Assembly: GCA_024691325.1 (NCBI GenBank)
Contig: JAILNR010000012.1
Coordinates: 37,999-101,998, forward strand
Direction: 5' to 3'
DNA from: Saccharofermentans sp.
Lineage (GTDB): Bacteria; Bacillota; Clostridia; Saccharofermentanales; Saccharofermentanaceae
Length of the DNA stretch: 64,000 nucleotides
Part shown: piece after piece, positions 44,817-55,402 of the stretch
Layout of the letters: each line of letters opens with the position of its first letter
How positions within the stretch are numbered: position 1 is the first letter of the stretch
Notes under the pieces: generated by a model
Told to the model about the DNA's origin: nothing
Databases searched by the model: none
The model's input: only the letters and a program-made list of their open reading frames with translations
Translations under genes and position numbers: made by a program

Positions 44817-47460
44817 TTGAATCCTCCTTATTCACCGTATCGATAAATCCGTAAAGAAGATTCATCGCCTCAAGAGGAGTCACACGCGTAATATCGATCT
44901 GACGCAGAGCATTGCGGATACTGTCTTCCTTGCGGTAATAGACATTATCGGGATTAAAGATAGAATCCTGTCCGGGAAGTTCTGCTTCATCGCTTGTTTT
45001 AAACTCTCCCAACCTTTCAAGTTCCTTAAGGATATTATTAGATCTTTTAAGAACATCAGAAGGAACTCCGGCGAGTCTTGCAACCTCAATACCATAAGAA
45101 TCTGAAGTTCCGCCTTCAACTATCTTATGCAGGAACACTACACCGGAATCCGTTTCCTTAACATCCACATGGTTGTTGAATATTCCGCGTATACTCTTCT
45201 CAAGCCTGTTAAGTTCGTGATAGTGAGTAGCAAAAATGGTCCTCGCATAAAGAATGTTGGGATCAGCAATGTATTCAATAACAGCCCAGGCTATCGAAAG
45301 TCCGTCGTAAGTCGAAGTGCCGCGTCCAACTTCATCAAGAAGCAAGAGGCTTCGTGGTGTGGCGTTTTTAAGGATACCTGCAACCTCTTTCATCTCAACC
45401 ATAAAAGTTGACTGCCCCATCGAGATATCGTCGGAAGCTCCGATTCTTGTAAATATCTTATCGACAAGACCGATATGTGCAGCGGAAGCAGGAACAAATG
45501 AACCCATCTGAGCCATAAGCACGATGATGGCTGTCTGTCTCATATAAGTAGACTTACCGGCCATATTAGGTCCCGTAAGCACCATTATTCTTCTTTCTGA
45601 ATCTATCTTCGTATCGTTAGGTATGAACCTGTCTTCTCCCTTAAGCATCTTCTCGACTACAGGATGACGGCCGTCACTAATCTCAAGAACATCCGAATCA
45701 TCTATTACAGGTCGTACATAGTTCTCCTCGTTTGCAAGTTCTGCAAGCGAAGTAACAACATCAATAAGGGCGACAGCAGAAGCACTTCCAAACAACCTGT
45801 CGGATGCATCCTTAACCGTTTCTCTTATCTTGGTAAACAACTGGTATTCGAGTGCGGTTCTTTTTGAAGTAGCACCTAAGATCTTCTCCTCAAGCTCCTT
45901 AAGCTCAGGTGAGATATATCTTTCATTGTTCGCAAGAGTCTGTTTTCTTGTGTACTCCCCGGGAAGTTCAGTTACGCTTCTGGGAACTTCGACATAATAA
46001 CCGAATACTCTGTTATAGCCAATCTTTAAAGTCTTAACACCTGTTCGCTCGCGCTCTCTTGCTTCAAGCTCCATTATGTATGTTCTTGCATTTGAAGCTA
46101 TATCACGAAGCTCATCACACTCAGCGTTAAACCCTTGTTTGATAATATCGCCTTCCGTTATAACAACCGGCGGATCCTCGGCAATGGACTTCTCGAGAAG
46201 TTCATATATATCCTCCAACGGATCCAGATTCTCATTGATCTGACGGAACAATCCGTGTTCAAACTTCGATGCACATTCTTTAAGGAATGGAAGTTTTGCA
46301 AGCGAGTGTTTTAATGACAGCATCTCACGTGCATTAATGCTTCCCAGGGAGACCTTGGAAGCTAAGCGCTCAATATCGTAAAGACCTGTAAGCCCCTCGA
46401 TCATCTCCTGCCTCTCGATAAAACGGTTAAAGCACTCTTCAACAGCATCGAGACGGGAGTTGATTGCACTCGTTACTATAAGAGGCTCCTCCACCCATTT
46501 TCGAAGGAGACGCCCTCCCATCGAAGTCTTGGTCCTGTCTATAGCCCAGAGCAAAGAACCCTTCTTGGCTCCTGTCCTGATCGTTCTTGTAAGCTCGAGG
46601 TTAACACGCGTGCTGTAATCGATCTCCATAGTTTCCGAGATCTTGAAGCATTCAATCTGATTTAAGTGCTTGACCTTGCCAATCTGTGTCTGCTCGGCAT
46701 ATGTAATAAGAGCTGAGCATGCACTTAGCATGAGATCGGTATCTTTAAAACTGTCTGTTCCGTAGACCTTGATCAGCTTGTCTTCATTGATCTTAGTGGA
46801 AGTAAAATCCCTCTCGGGACGAAGCGTATAGGAGACTTCAAAGGCCTGCTTAAGCACCTTATAACAGGAAGTGTCCTCGAACGAAGGGTTATAAATGATC
46901 TCCGATGGTGAATACTTACCAATGATATTGATCAGGTGCTCATCATTGCCGGTAAAATCGAGCTGAGTAGCTTCAAAATCACCTGTCGTAATATCAGCAA
47001 CAGCAACACCGTACTGGTTACCGACACACATGATACTCATGAGATAATTATTCTTACGGTCATCGAGCTCGTCAGTATCCGTCATAGTACCTGGAGTCAA
47101 GACCTGTACTATTCCCCTCTTTACCAATCCCTTGGCCAGAGCCGGGTCCTCAAGCTGTTCACATATGGCAACCTTACACCCTTCGTTAACCAGTCGCGCT
47201 GCATAAGTCTTATACGCATGATGAGGAACACCGCACATAGGTGCTCTGAGTCCGCTTCCGCAATCCCTTGCAGTAAGTGTAAGCTCCAAAGTCTTTGACA
47301 CGAACAATGCATCATCAAAGAAGCATTCGTAGAAATCACCCAACCGGTAGAAGATTATTATCCCGCCCATCTCCTTCTTGAGATCGGCGTACTTTTGCAT
47401 CATAGGAGAAAGCTGATCGTATGAGATATCGCTGAGTCTTAAAGGATTATTCTCGGTCAT
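44803..47460 (-). CDS. mutS: DNA mismatch repair protein MutS
   Basis: 885 aa with GDFYE in the mismatch domain, GPNMAGKST Walker A and DEVGRGTSTYDG. Confidence 0.97.
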   Translation of the reverse strand: MTENNPLRLSDISYDQLSPMMQKYADLKKEMGGIIIFYRLGDFYECFFDDALFVSKTLELTLTARDCGSGLRAPMCGVPHHAYKTYAARLVNEGCKVAICEQLEDPALAKGLVKRGIVQVLTPGTMTDTDELDDRKNNYLMSIMCVGNQYGVAVADITTGDFEATQLDFTGNDEHLINIIGKYSPSEIIYNPSFEDTSCYKVLKQAFEVSYTLRPERDFTSTKINEDKLIKVYGTDSFKDTDLMLSACSALITYAEQTQIGKVKHLNQIECFKISETMEIDYSTRVNLELTRTIRTGAKKGSLLWAIDRTKTSMGGRLLRKWVEEPLIVTSAINSRLDAVEECFNRFIERQEMIEGLTGLYDIERLASKVSLGSINAREMLSLKHSLAKLPFLKECASKFEHGLFRQINENLDPLEDIYELLEKSIAEDPPVVITEGDIIKQGFNAECDELRDIASNARTYIMELEARERERTGVKTLKIGYNRVFGYYVEVPRSVTELPGEYTRKQTLANNERYISPELKELEEKILGATSKRTALEYQLFTKIRETVKDASDRLFGSASAVALIDVVTSLAELANEENYVRPVIDDSDVLEISDGRHPVVEKMLKGEDRFIPNDTKIDSERRIMVLTGPNMAGKSTYMRQTAIIVLMAQMGSFVPASAAHIGLVDKIFTRIGASDDISMGQSTFMVEMKEVAGILKNATPRSLLLLDEVGRGTSTYDGLSIAWAVIEYIADPNILYARTIFATHYHELNRLEKSIRGIFNNHVDVKETDSGVVFLHKIVEGGTSDSYGIEVARLAGVPSDVLKRSNNILKELERLGEFKTSDEAELPGQDSIFNPDNVYYRKEDSIRNALRQIDITRVTPLEAMNLLYGFIDTVNKEDSSEQD

Positions 47461-48911
47461 TTAAGTTTCACCATCTCTCCGTCAACTGAATAAGGACGTG
47501 CACTTGTGAATTTAACATCACAAAGCATTCCCTCGTAGTCATCTGCACTCTTGCCCTCGATCTTAAGACTGTCAGGAATCGTAAAGTTGATAAGATGATT
47601 GGACATAGTCCTTCCCGTCAGAATATCAGGGGCTGTAGAACTCATTCCCTCAATAAGTATTTCCTCCGTCTTGCCGACTTTGGCAAGATTGGACTTATAT
47701 GCAAGATTATTCTGAAGGTCAAGGAGTCTTCCGAACCTTTCAGTTACAACATCATGGGGAATCTGATCCTCCATCAAAGCAGCCTTTGTTCCGGGACGCG
47801 GTGAATACTGGAAAGTAAAGGCGGAATCAAAAGCACATTCCGAAACCACATCAAGAGTTCTTTTAAAATCATCTTCGGTCTCACCCGGGAAACCTACAAT
47901 GATATCCGTCGACAAAGATCCGTCAGGAACCATCTTTCTGAAATAATGAACTGTCTTAAGATAATCCGTAATGTCATACGGTCTGTTCATCAATTTAAGT
48001 ATCCTGTCCGAACCGGATTGCAAAGGAAGATGAAGATGAGTCTCGATGTTTGAAGAGGATGCCATAATCTCAATGATCTCATCCGATATATCCTTAGGGT
48101 GAGATGACATAAACCTTATTCTCGAGAAGCCCTTTATAGCGGAAGCGGCCTTAAGCAAAGCCGGGAATCTGTCACCTTCCGAACTTTTGTAGGAATTAAC
48201 ATTCTGACCGAGAAGCATAACCTCTTTATAACCCTGATATGCCAGGATCTCGAGTTCTTCAATTATCTCGCCTACCTCTCTCGAACGCTCCCTTCCTCTT
48301 GCATAAGGGACAATGCAATAGGTACAGAAATTGTTGCACCCGTACATGATGGGAACCAAAGCTCTGAATTTCCTCTTTCTTGCTATTGGAACCAAAGAAT
48401 CATCTACGATATAGTCATCAGCTGATATATTGACCAGCTGCTTCTTGCGTCTTAACGAATCACGAAGATATACCGGGAAAAGATGGATATGCTGGGGATC
48501 GAAGACCAGGTCAACATACGGGAAGGATTTACGTATCTTATCGACATTCTTCTCTACCATGGTCATGCAGCCGCAGACAGCAACTATCATGTCCTTATCG
48601 TTCTTTCTGTCTGATTTTATGATACCCAGATTGCCGAACAACCTGTCTTCGGCATTCTCTCTAACGGCACAGGTATTGAAAATAACGACATCGGCGGTCT
48701 TATCGCCTTCATATTCCGTGAGTCCCATGGATTCGAGCATGCCGCACAATTTCTCTGAATCAGATTCATTAAGCTGACAGCCGTATGTACGGACACTGTA
48801 TGTAATCTCACGGCCCTTTGACGCCGATAAACCTGAGAAATATTCACGAAGCTCATTAAGAGCCGAATCACGGTTCTTAAGGTCCTCTTTACCTACCTTT
48901 ATTATAGCCAT
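47457..48911 (-). CDS. miaB: tRNA-2-methylthio-N6-dimethylallyladenosine synthase
   Basis: 484 aa with TYGCQLNESD, the radical SAM motif CNNFCTYC and a TRAM domain. Confidence 0.95.
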   Translation of the reverse strand: MAIIKVGKEDLKNRDSALNELREYFSGLSASKGREITYSVRTYGCQLNESDSEKLCGMLESMGLTEYEGDKTADVVIFNTCAVRENAEDRLFGNLGIIKSDRKNDKDMIVAVCGCMTMVEKNVDKIRKSFPYVDLVFDPQHIHLFPVYLRDSLRRKKQLVNISADDYIVDDSLVPIARKRKFRALVPIMYGCNNFCTYCIVPYARGRERSREVGEIIEELEILAYQGYKEVMLLGQNVNSYKSSEGDRFPALLKAASAIKGFSRIRFMSSHPKDISDEIIEIMASSSNIETHLHLPLQSGSDRILKLMNRPYDITDYLKTVHYFRKMVPDGSLSTDIIVGFPGETEDDFKRTLDVVSECAFDSAFTFQYSPRPGTKAALMEDQIPHDVVTERFGRLLDLQNNLAYKSNLAKVGKTEEILIEGMSSTAPDILTGRTMSNHLINFTIPDSLKIEGKSADDYEGMLCDVKFTSARPYSVDGEMVKLK

Positions 48912-48977
48912 TATCTTTTCCTTTCAATCTTAACGATTTATTATACTAAAAAAACTTCTTTTGTTATAATCGTATTT

Positions 48978-50384
48978 ATGAAAAGAATACTGTCATCGCT
49001 CCTTATTGCACTAATGATCATAGGTTTTATATCGCCTTTTACGGTACTTGCCGTAAATGATGATCTTGATAACCCAGATGACGGTATGATCTCTCAGAAC
49101 GAATCATACGGGGATCTTCTAATCGACCCTCCCAATGACCTTCCGGCTGTTACGGGAACCTCATATATCCTTATCGACTGTGAATCAAATACTATTCTTA
49201 TGGGTAAAAACATTGATTCACCCGTTCAGCCTGCTGCTATAACCAAGCTTATGACTATTCTTATAGCTTTGGAGGAATTGAGTCTCGATGACACGATCAC
49301 GATAACGCAGCCCATGTATATCGGTATTCCCGAGAATTATTACACGTTAGGGGTAACCGAGGGCGAAGAAGTTACGGTTCGCGACTTAATCTACGCCGCA
49401 CTGTTAGCTTCAGACAGCGACGCATGCCTTGCTATCGCTATTAAGATATCGGGATCAGAGCAGTTGTTCGCAGGAAAAATGAACGCCCGTGCAGCAGAAC
49501 TCGGATGCACTAATACGCATTTTACAAACTGTTACGGTAATGATGACGTTAACAATACTTCAACTGCACATGATATGGCAATAATTCTGAATGAATGCAC
49601 CACTCATCAGGATTTTATCGATATATCGACCACGTTCCAGCATACTATGCTAGGTACCAATCTATATAGTGATTCAAGAGTCATATCCAATGCAAACCGT
49701 TTTATCTCGACTCAGGAATACTCCTATGACTACTACATCGGCGGTCTTACGGGTTATTCTGACGGAGTAGGGTATTCAGTTGCCGCCGCCTCTTCCAAGA
49801 ACGGACGTAAACTCGTCGGAATAATACTTGGCGCCACAGATAACCAGGCTAGATATACGGACATGATCAATATGTTCGACAGCGGTTATTCAGCATTCTC
49901 TACTCTGCCTTTGGATCAGGGAGAGTTTATGCCTCTTTATAACGATACGATAGAACAGATTAATTCTGCCCTTTTGGGAACAGACTTAGCTGTTATGGAA
50001 TCTTCCATGGAGCTTTCCAATTATATAACCACAACTTCTGTCAGAGTTTCTCTCGGAAGCACTAATACAGTAGATCTGTCGCCTGTGGTAATAGACACAA
50101 CTTCCATGGCTGATCAGAGTTTCAGAATTCCCATCTGCCGTTCGTATAACGACGGCAAGGTTTATATTGTCGGTGTTCTTAATGTGCTCGTTGGGCAAAA
50201 GGATAACCTTGTCTCTATCAATCCTGAGAAGCAATCCATCTGGTCAGGCTTAAGAAAAGCACTTGTTACTTTAATCGTAATACTTGTGCTTTTTATCATT
50301 CTCGTTTACGCACTGATCATATTCAGAAAGAAAGCCCGTAACAGAGCTTACAAGGAATTCCGCGATAAGAACAAGATGCTTTAA
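48978..50384 (+). CDS. PBP5/S11 D-Ala-D-Ala carboxypeptidase homolog with all three catalytic motifs substituted
   Basis: Signal peptide and a C-terminal TM anchor. PAAITKLMT replaces PASxTKxMT, LASDSDA replaces SGNDA, and GGLTGYS replaces LKTGYT. Confidence 0.85.
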   Translation: MKRILSSLLIALMIIGFISPFTVLAVNDDLDNPDDGMISQNESYGDLLIDPPNDLPAVTGTSYILIDCESNTILMGKNIDSPVQPAAITKLMTILIALEELSLDDTITITQPMYIGIPENYYTLGVTEGEEVTVRDLIYAALLASDSDACLAIAIKISGSEQLFAGKMNARAAELGCTNTHFTNCYGNDDVNNTSTAHDMAIILNECTTHQDFIDISTTFQHTMLGTNLYSDSRVISNANRFISTQEYSYDYYIGGLTGYSDGVGYSVAAASSKNGRKLVGIILGATDNQARYTDMINMFDSGYSAFSTLPLDQGEFMPLYNDTIEQINSALLGTDLAVMESSMELSNYITTTSVRVSLGSTNTVDLSPVVIDTTSMADQSFRIPICRSYNDGKVYIVGVLNVLVGQKDNLVSINPEKQSIWSGLRKALVTLIVILVLFIILVYALIIFRKKARNRAYKEFRDKNKML

Positions 50385-52318
50385 TGAGCCTCGTAAGTAA
50401 AATCCCTAAGGTATAAGGATAAAACTCTGTCATCATTTGAATCCGGTATTACGGACTGGGGAGACAACGCGCCGGGGACTAACACCTTGATATCACAAAG
50501 GTAATCATTCCCTACTTCAAAATCAAAAGCGAAGCTTTGATCATCCATAGAAACCGGGCCTTCGAACACAGTCTGTCCGTTAACTATTACGGTTATATTC
50601 TGAACTCCGCCAAATACATTAGCCACGCTGAATGTACCCGTATAAATTCCGGGATTAATATGGAATAAAAGATCCATCTCATTTCCGTAGATAAGCGCCG
50701 TATCACCTTCATAACCGATATCTGATAAGATACATGCCTCATCCGTATCCGAACGGTTGGAGAATACGAGTCTGTCAGTATCACGGACAATGTGATAGCC
50801 GTCCTCACTTATATTGACATAAGTAAATTCTTCACCGTTAATATTCGTCATATCAAGATCCCTGTAATCAACGATTTCATTATCAGGACCGTATATATTC
50901 CACTCACCCGAATCAAGACGGGACGCGGCCTCATTTGTTAACAGTATCTTATGAAGATTACCTTTATCATCAAAGTAAGCAACGGGGTTATCGCTATAGT
51001 ATGTCTCGACCGTCAGTACTCTTGAATAGAAGATACCTACGGGAGGGTTATAAATCCCTGTAAAATCATTAAGTGCAGTCTTTCCAAAAGGCGTGAATCC
51101 AAGGTACATATCAGTCTTGGTAAAAACAGTAAGCAGAAGAATAACAGCAAAAGTCCATATTCCGCTTAAAGTAAATACGGGAGTTGCAATCTGCCACTTA
51201 AGATTAAAAGCGTTATAGAATGCCATCAAAGGAAGTATCCAAACGTTATATCTCATTATGTAAGACATACCGCAGTTAATATGAAGTTCAAACGATACAA
51301 CAAACAACATCCCTGCTATGGCAAGCAAAGTAAATATGGCCGAAGAGATATTGTTGCGCTTGATAATATTGACTATAACAAGACCGATAAAGAACGGAAC
51401 TATAAGAAGCGTATAAATGATCATGCCCTGATTAGGATCAGTCAAATAAGACAATGCACATATTAGCCTGTTGTCTGTCGGATAAGAACTGCTTCCTACA
51501 GATGCAACAGCAGCAACAGGACTGTAGCTGCCAAACAGGATATAAGATCTTATGACGGGAATAAAACCCGGAACTGCAGCCAGAATAACAGGCCAGGTCT
51601 TCCAAAGTATCTTCTTAACGGATTTTCCTTCAGCCTTAACCGTGTTGTAAAGAAAATCCAGTCCCAGCACGAAAGCCGGAACGAGCAAAGCAAGATTAGA
51701 CATAGAAGCTATACTCATCATCAGCATCGATAAAGCAAACCTGCCGTTATACCGCAGCACAAGCGATACAACAACAAGTGAGAACATCAATATCTCAGTG
51801 TGAACCCATGTCATATAGAACCAACACGGGTTAACGACCAGGAATATCATCAGCAAAGTCTTCCGCCACTGTTCAGTATCAAGAAACAACTGCACCACAG
51901 CACAAGCGGTAAACCAGAAAAACAGGTTCATCATCAGAAAAGCCTTAGCGGGATTTAATCCGGCAACGGAGAACAGACTTCTTAACGGCATACACAAAAC
52001 AGAGTAGATATAAAAGTGCTTTGCATAAGAATTACCGTCAGAACCCTGTACAAGCGTGATATCCTCACGTGTTCTGTAGATGGTGTCAAAGATATCATTC
52101 CCGTAATATGACTTGGCTTCATCAATGTCTTCATCAGTAACAGAAGTCGAACCATGATTAAGGATGGACACGGGCATCATCAGATATTCATAGCCGTCAC
52201 CCGGAAACTCGTACCCCTCACATCTTGATATGATGCCAAGTCCCGCTACAGCAAGGAGCAAAATAAGAAACCATGAGATAAAACTCAATATAACATCACG
52301 TTTAAGAATATCAGTCAT
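50381..52318 (-). CDS. Polytopic membrane protein with a C-terminal extracytoplasmic domain; GT-C-like architecture
   Basis: 645 aa. An acidic first loop (VTDEDIDEAKSYYGNDIFD), about 12 TM helices and a soluble tail of about 230 aa. Its start overlaps the glf stop by 8 nt. Confidence 0.7.
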   Translation of the reverse strand: MTDILKRDVILSFISWFLILLLAVAGLGIISRCEGYEFPGDGYEYLMMPVSILNHGSTSVTDEDIDEAKSYYGNDIFDTIYRTREDITLVQGSDGNSYAKHFYIYSVLCMPLRSLFSVAGLNPAKAFLMMNLFFWFTACAVVQLFLDTEQWRKTLLMIFLVVNPCWFYMTWVHTEILMFSLVVVSLVLRYNGRFALSMLMMSIASMSNLALLVPAFVLGLDFLYNTVKAEGKSVKKILWKTWPVILAAVPGFIPVIRSYILFGSYSPVAAVASVGSSSYPTDNRLICALSYLTDPNQGMIIYTLLIVPFFIGLVIVNIIKRNNISSAIFTLLAIAGMLFVVSFELHINCGMSYIMRYNVWILPLMAFYNAFNLKWQIATPVFTLSGIWTFAVILLLTVFTKTDMYLGFTPFGKTALNDFTGIYNPPVGIFYSRVLTVETYYSDNPVAYFDDKGNLHKILLTNEAASRLDSGEWNIYGPDNEIVDYRDLDMTNINGEEFTYVNISEDGYHIVRDTDRLVFSNRSDTDEACILSDIGYEGDTALIYGNEMDLLFHINPGIYTGTFSVANVFGGVQNITVIVNGQTVFEGPVSMDDQSFAFDFEVGNDYLCDIKVLVPGALSPQSVIPDSNDDRVLSLYLRDFTYEAH

Positions 52319-53408
52319 TGCCCGTCAGTTCCTTCTTGGCGGCATCAAGTGCCCGTCTTACAGTTACATCCATGTCGTAATACTTATAATCGGCCATACG
52401 TCCGCCAAACAACACATTATCAGAAGCAATAAGCTTTGCATACTGTTCATGTAAAGCATCATTCTTCTCATCGTTAACGGGATAGAACGGCTCATCACCT
52501 ATCTTCCACTCATAACTAAATTCGCAGGAAATTACAGTCTTCTCCTGCGTACCGAATTCGAAGAACTTGTGCTCAATGATCCTCGTAAAAGGCGTTTTGC
52601 TGTCAGTGTAGTTAACAACAGCATTCCCCTGGAAATTATCCGTGTCCAGTACTTCAGTCTCAAACCGTACAGTCCTGTACTCGAGGTGGCCCAGAGAATA
52701 ATCAAAATACTCATCCAAAGCACCCGTATAGACTACTTTCGAAGCAAGCCCCTCATCCTTTACTGAAGCATAATCAGTACCGAGTCTAACCTCAATTCCT
52801 GACAAGAGCCTCTCGAAAAGCTTAGTATAACCACCGACAGGTATTCCCTGGTAAAGAGCATTAAAGTAATTGTTGTCGAATGTAAACCTGACAGGAAGGC
52901 GCTTGATTATGGATGGCGGGAGTTCATCGCAAGGTCTGCCCCACTGCTTCATTGTGTATCCCTTTATGAGCTTCTCATATATATCTCTTCCGACAAGGCT
53001 GATAGCCTGCTGTTCAAGATTAACAGGATCTGTAATCCCCGCTTCTTTCCGCTGTTCCTCTATCTTTGCCTTAGCCTCATCAGGTGTGACAACACCCCAC
53101 ATCTTATTGAATGTGTACATATTAAAAGGCAAAGAATACAGTTCACCACAGTAATTCGCAACCGGTGAATTGGTGTACCTGTTAAAAGAAGCATACCGGT
53201 TTACAAACTCCCAAACCTGCTCATCATTGGTATGGAAGATATGAGCACCGTACTTATGTACATTTATGCCTTCTATCTGTTCTGTATAACAGTTTCCGCC
53301 TATATGAGATCTTTTGTCGATAACGAGGACCTTCTTACCCGAATCAGTCATCACTCTCGCGAACACCGAACCGTAAAGTCCCGCTCCGACTATAAGATAA
53401 TCATACAT
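52311..53408 (-). CDS. glf: UDP-galactopyranose mutase
   Basis: 365 aa with the YDYLIVGAGLYGSVFA FAD motif, and HIGGN, YGAHIFHT and GRMADYKYYDMD. Confidence 0.95.
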   Translation of the reverse strand: MYDYLIVGAGLYGSVFARVMTDSGKKVLVIDKRSHIGGNCYTEQIEGINVHKYGAHIFHTNDEQVWEFVNRYASFNRYTNSPVANYCGELYSLPFNMYTFNKMWGVVTPDEAKAKIEEQRKEAGITDPVNLEQQAISLVGRDIYEKLIKGYTMKQWGRPCDELPPSIIKRLPVRFTFDNNYFNALYQGIPVGGYTKLFERLLSGIEVRLGTDYASVKDEGLASKVVYTGALDEYFDYSLGHLEYRTVRFETEVLDTDNFQGNAVVNYTDSKTPFTRIIEHKFFEFGTQEKTVISCEFSYEWKIGDEPFYPVNDEKNDALHEQYAKLIASDNVLFGGRMADYKYYDMDVTVRRALDAAKKELTGND

Positions 53409-53417
53409 ACAGATTCC

Positions 53418-55079
53418 TCACTTGATCATTCTGTTGTAAGCACTCAGAACAGCCCTGACAGACGACTTGGTCACTGAGCTTGAAACACCTGCACCGAGGA
53501 AGATCTGTCCATCCTCCTCACGCTTTATCTCAAGGTATGTGATAGCAGACGATTCCGTACCTGTCTCGAGTGCGTGCTCATTATACATATTAATCGAAAA
53601 CTTCGTGCCTGTATAGGTTGAGAACGCATCAACAAAAGCATCAAGGAGACCTTTTCCTTTTCCCTTGATCTTAACGGGCTTACCAAGATAAGTTATATCT
53701 GCTTCGACCTCACTTAACTTATCCCCGAGAGAATGCTCGGAGAATGTTGAGAGCCAGTAAGGTGTCATCACATTAATATAGTAATCATCAAACAGATCGA
53801 ACACCTGTTGAGGCATGAGTTCAACAGAATTATCGTCAGTCTCATGCTTTACAACAGTAAGAAAGTCTCTTTGGAACGACTTAGGCAGCGTAATGCCAAA
53901 GTACTGCTCCATAACATAAGCAATACCGCCTCTTCCCGACTGGCTGTTGATACGGATTATAGGCTCGTAATCACGTCCGAGATCCGCAGGGTCAACGGGA
54001 AGATAAGGAACAGACCATACTGCTGAACCTCTTTCCTTCATCTTCTTCCTGCCCTTAGATATAGCATCCTGGTGAGAACCGGAAAAAGCAGTAAATACGA
54101 GCTTGCCGGACCACGGATGTCTGGGATCTATCTTCATCCTGGTGCACTCTTCATATACATCAATACACTCATTCAGATTGGAAAAATCGAGCTTGGGATC
54201 AACACCTTGCATCATCATATTAACCGCAAGAGTAACCAGGTCGACATTACCGGTTCTCTCGCCGTTACCGAACAAAGTACCCTCGACTCTGTCTGCACCT
54301 GCAAGTATACCCATCTCTGAAGCAGCTACACCTGTACCTCTGTCATTATGAGTATGAACAGAGATCAGAATTGAATCTCTCCACTTTGTATTAGTTGCAA
54401 AATACTCGATACCGTCAGCATAGACATTAGGCAAAGTGTACTCGACGGTCTCCGGTAGATTAATGATGACCTTGTTTTCCTGTGTCGGCTGCCATACATC
54501 ACAAACAGCATCACAGATCTCAACAGCAAAATCAGGTTCGGTGGAAGAATATGACTCGGGAGAATACTCCAGAACATAATTAGTCCCGCTGTCATCACCT
54601 TCAACATAGTCCTTGATGATTCGTGCCCCTTCTACGGCAAGAGCCTTACATTCCTCCCTGCCGAATCCGAACACTACATCCCTTTGCAATGTACTCGTTG
54701 AATTATAAAGATGAATGATCACTTTCCCGGCTCCGCTTACGGCATCTATCGTCTTCTCGATGATCTCGGGGCGTGACTGTGTTAAGACCTGTATCGCCAC
54801 GTCATCAGGAATCAGGTGATTATCGATAAGCGTTCTGCAAAAATTATAATCAGTCTCGGAAGCCGCAGGAAAACCAATCTCTATCTGCTTGAATCCGACT
54901 TTAATAAGCAGATTAAAGAACTTGAGTTTCTGTTCCATGGTCATAGGAACTTCAAGAGCCTGGTTACCATCTCTTAAATCAACAGAACACCAGACAGGTG
55001 CCTTGCTGATAACATTATCAGGCCATTTCCTGCTCTTGATAGGAACTTCTGGTATCTTTACATACTTCTCATAATTCAT
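53418..55079 (-). CDS. leuA: 2-isopropylmalate synthase (long LeuA type)
   Basis: 553 aa with WCSVDLRDGNQA, HTHNDRGTG and a C-terminal regulatory domain. Confidence 0.95.
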   Translation of the reverse strand: MNYEKYVKIPEVPIKSRKWPDNVISKAPVWCSVDLRDGNQALEVPMTMEQKLKFFNLLIKVGFKQIEIGFPAASETDYNFCRTLIDNHLIPDDVAIQVLTQSRPEIIEKTIDAVSGAGKVIIHLYNSTSTLQRDVVFGFGREECKALAVEGARIIKDYVEGDDSGTNYVLEYSPESYSSTEPDFAVEICDAVCDVWQPTQENKVIINLPETVEYTLPNVYADGIEYFATNTKWRDSILISVHTHNDRGTGVAASEMGILAGADRVEGTLFGNGERTGNVDLVTLAVNMMMQGVDPKLDFSNLNECIDVYEECTRMKIDPRHPWSGKLVFTAFSGSHQDAISKGRKKMKERGSAVWSVPYLPVDPADLGRDYEPIIRINSQSGRGGIAYVMEQYFGITLPKSFQRDFLTVVKHETDDNSVELMPQQVFDLFDDYYINVMTPYWLSTFSEHSLGDKLSEVEADITYLGKPVKIKGKGKGLLDAFVDAFSTYTGTKFSINMYNEHALETGTESSAITYLEIKREEDGQIFLGAGVSSSVTKSSVRAVLSAYNRMIK

Positions 55080-55096
55080 TATCCGGTCCTCCCGAC

Positions 55097-55137
55097 ATAA
55101 AAACGACCCTGCGTCCTGTTAGAGACGAAGGGTCGTT
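55097..55137 (-). terminator. T-box attenuator terminator
   Basis: AACGACCCU ... AGGGUCGUU stem (55102-10 / 55129-37) followed by UUUUA on the minus strand. The 5' arm overlaps the T-box antiterminator region. Confidence 0.75.
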
Positions 55138-55360
55138 CGCGGTACCACTCTAATTCATTCACAAGGAATGCACTCTGCGGATACGGATCAAAGATCGATA
55201 TCCTGCCCCTCTAACGCTGGGCTTGCGTCCGGACCTTAAGCTTAAGCCGTTCAATCCGGAAGCTCCGAAGTGAGTTCCCTTATCCATTACCCGCTGTCTT
55301 CCACCAACCGACAGCTCTCTGTGGAGCACGCGAAAAGGTACTGTTCTTCATCAACGCCTT
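55097..55360 (-). promoter_or_regulatory. T-box leader riboswitch, Leu specifier (CUC)
   Basis: On the minus strand the leader contains these elements:
- A K-turn UGAUGA.
- An AG bay AGAGAG.
- A distal loop GGUUGGUGGAA.
- A specifier loop GAA-CUC-A, with the codon at 55274..55272.
- The T-box AGAGUGGUACCGCG (55151..55138).
- A terminator hairpin. Confidence 0.85.
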
Positions 55361-55387
55361 AATATGAAATTATTGTTATCGTAACAA
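55359..55387 (-). promoter_or_regulatory. Candidate promoter of the T-box/leuA unit
   Basis: On the minus strand: TTGTTA, a 17-nt spacer and TATTAA, about 7 nt before the start of stem I. Confidence 0.4.
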
Positions 55388-55402
55388 AGCCATTCACAAA
55401 GG

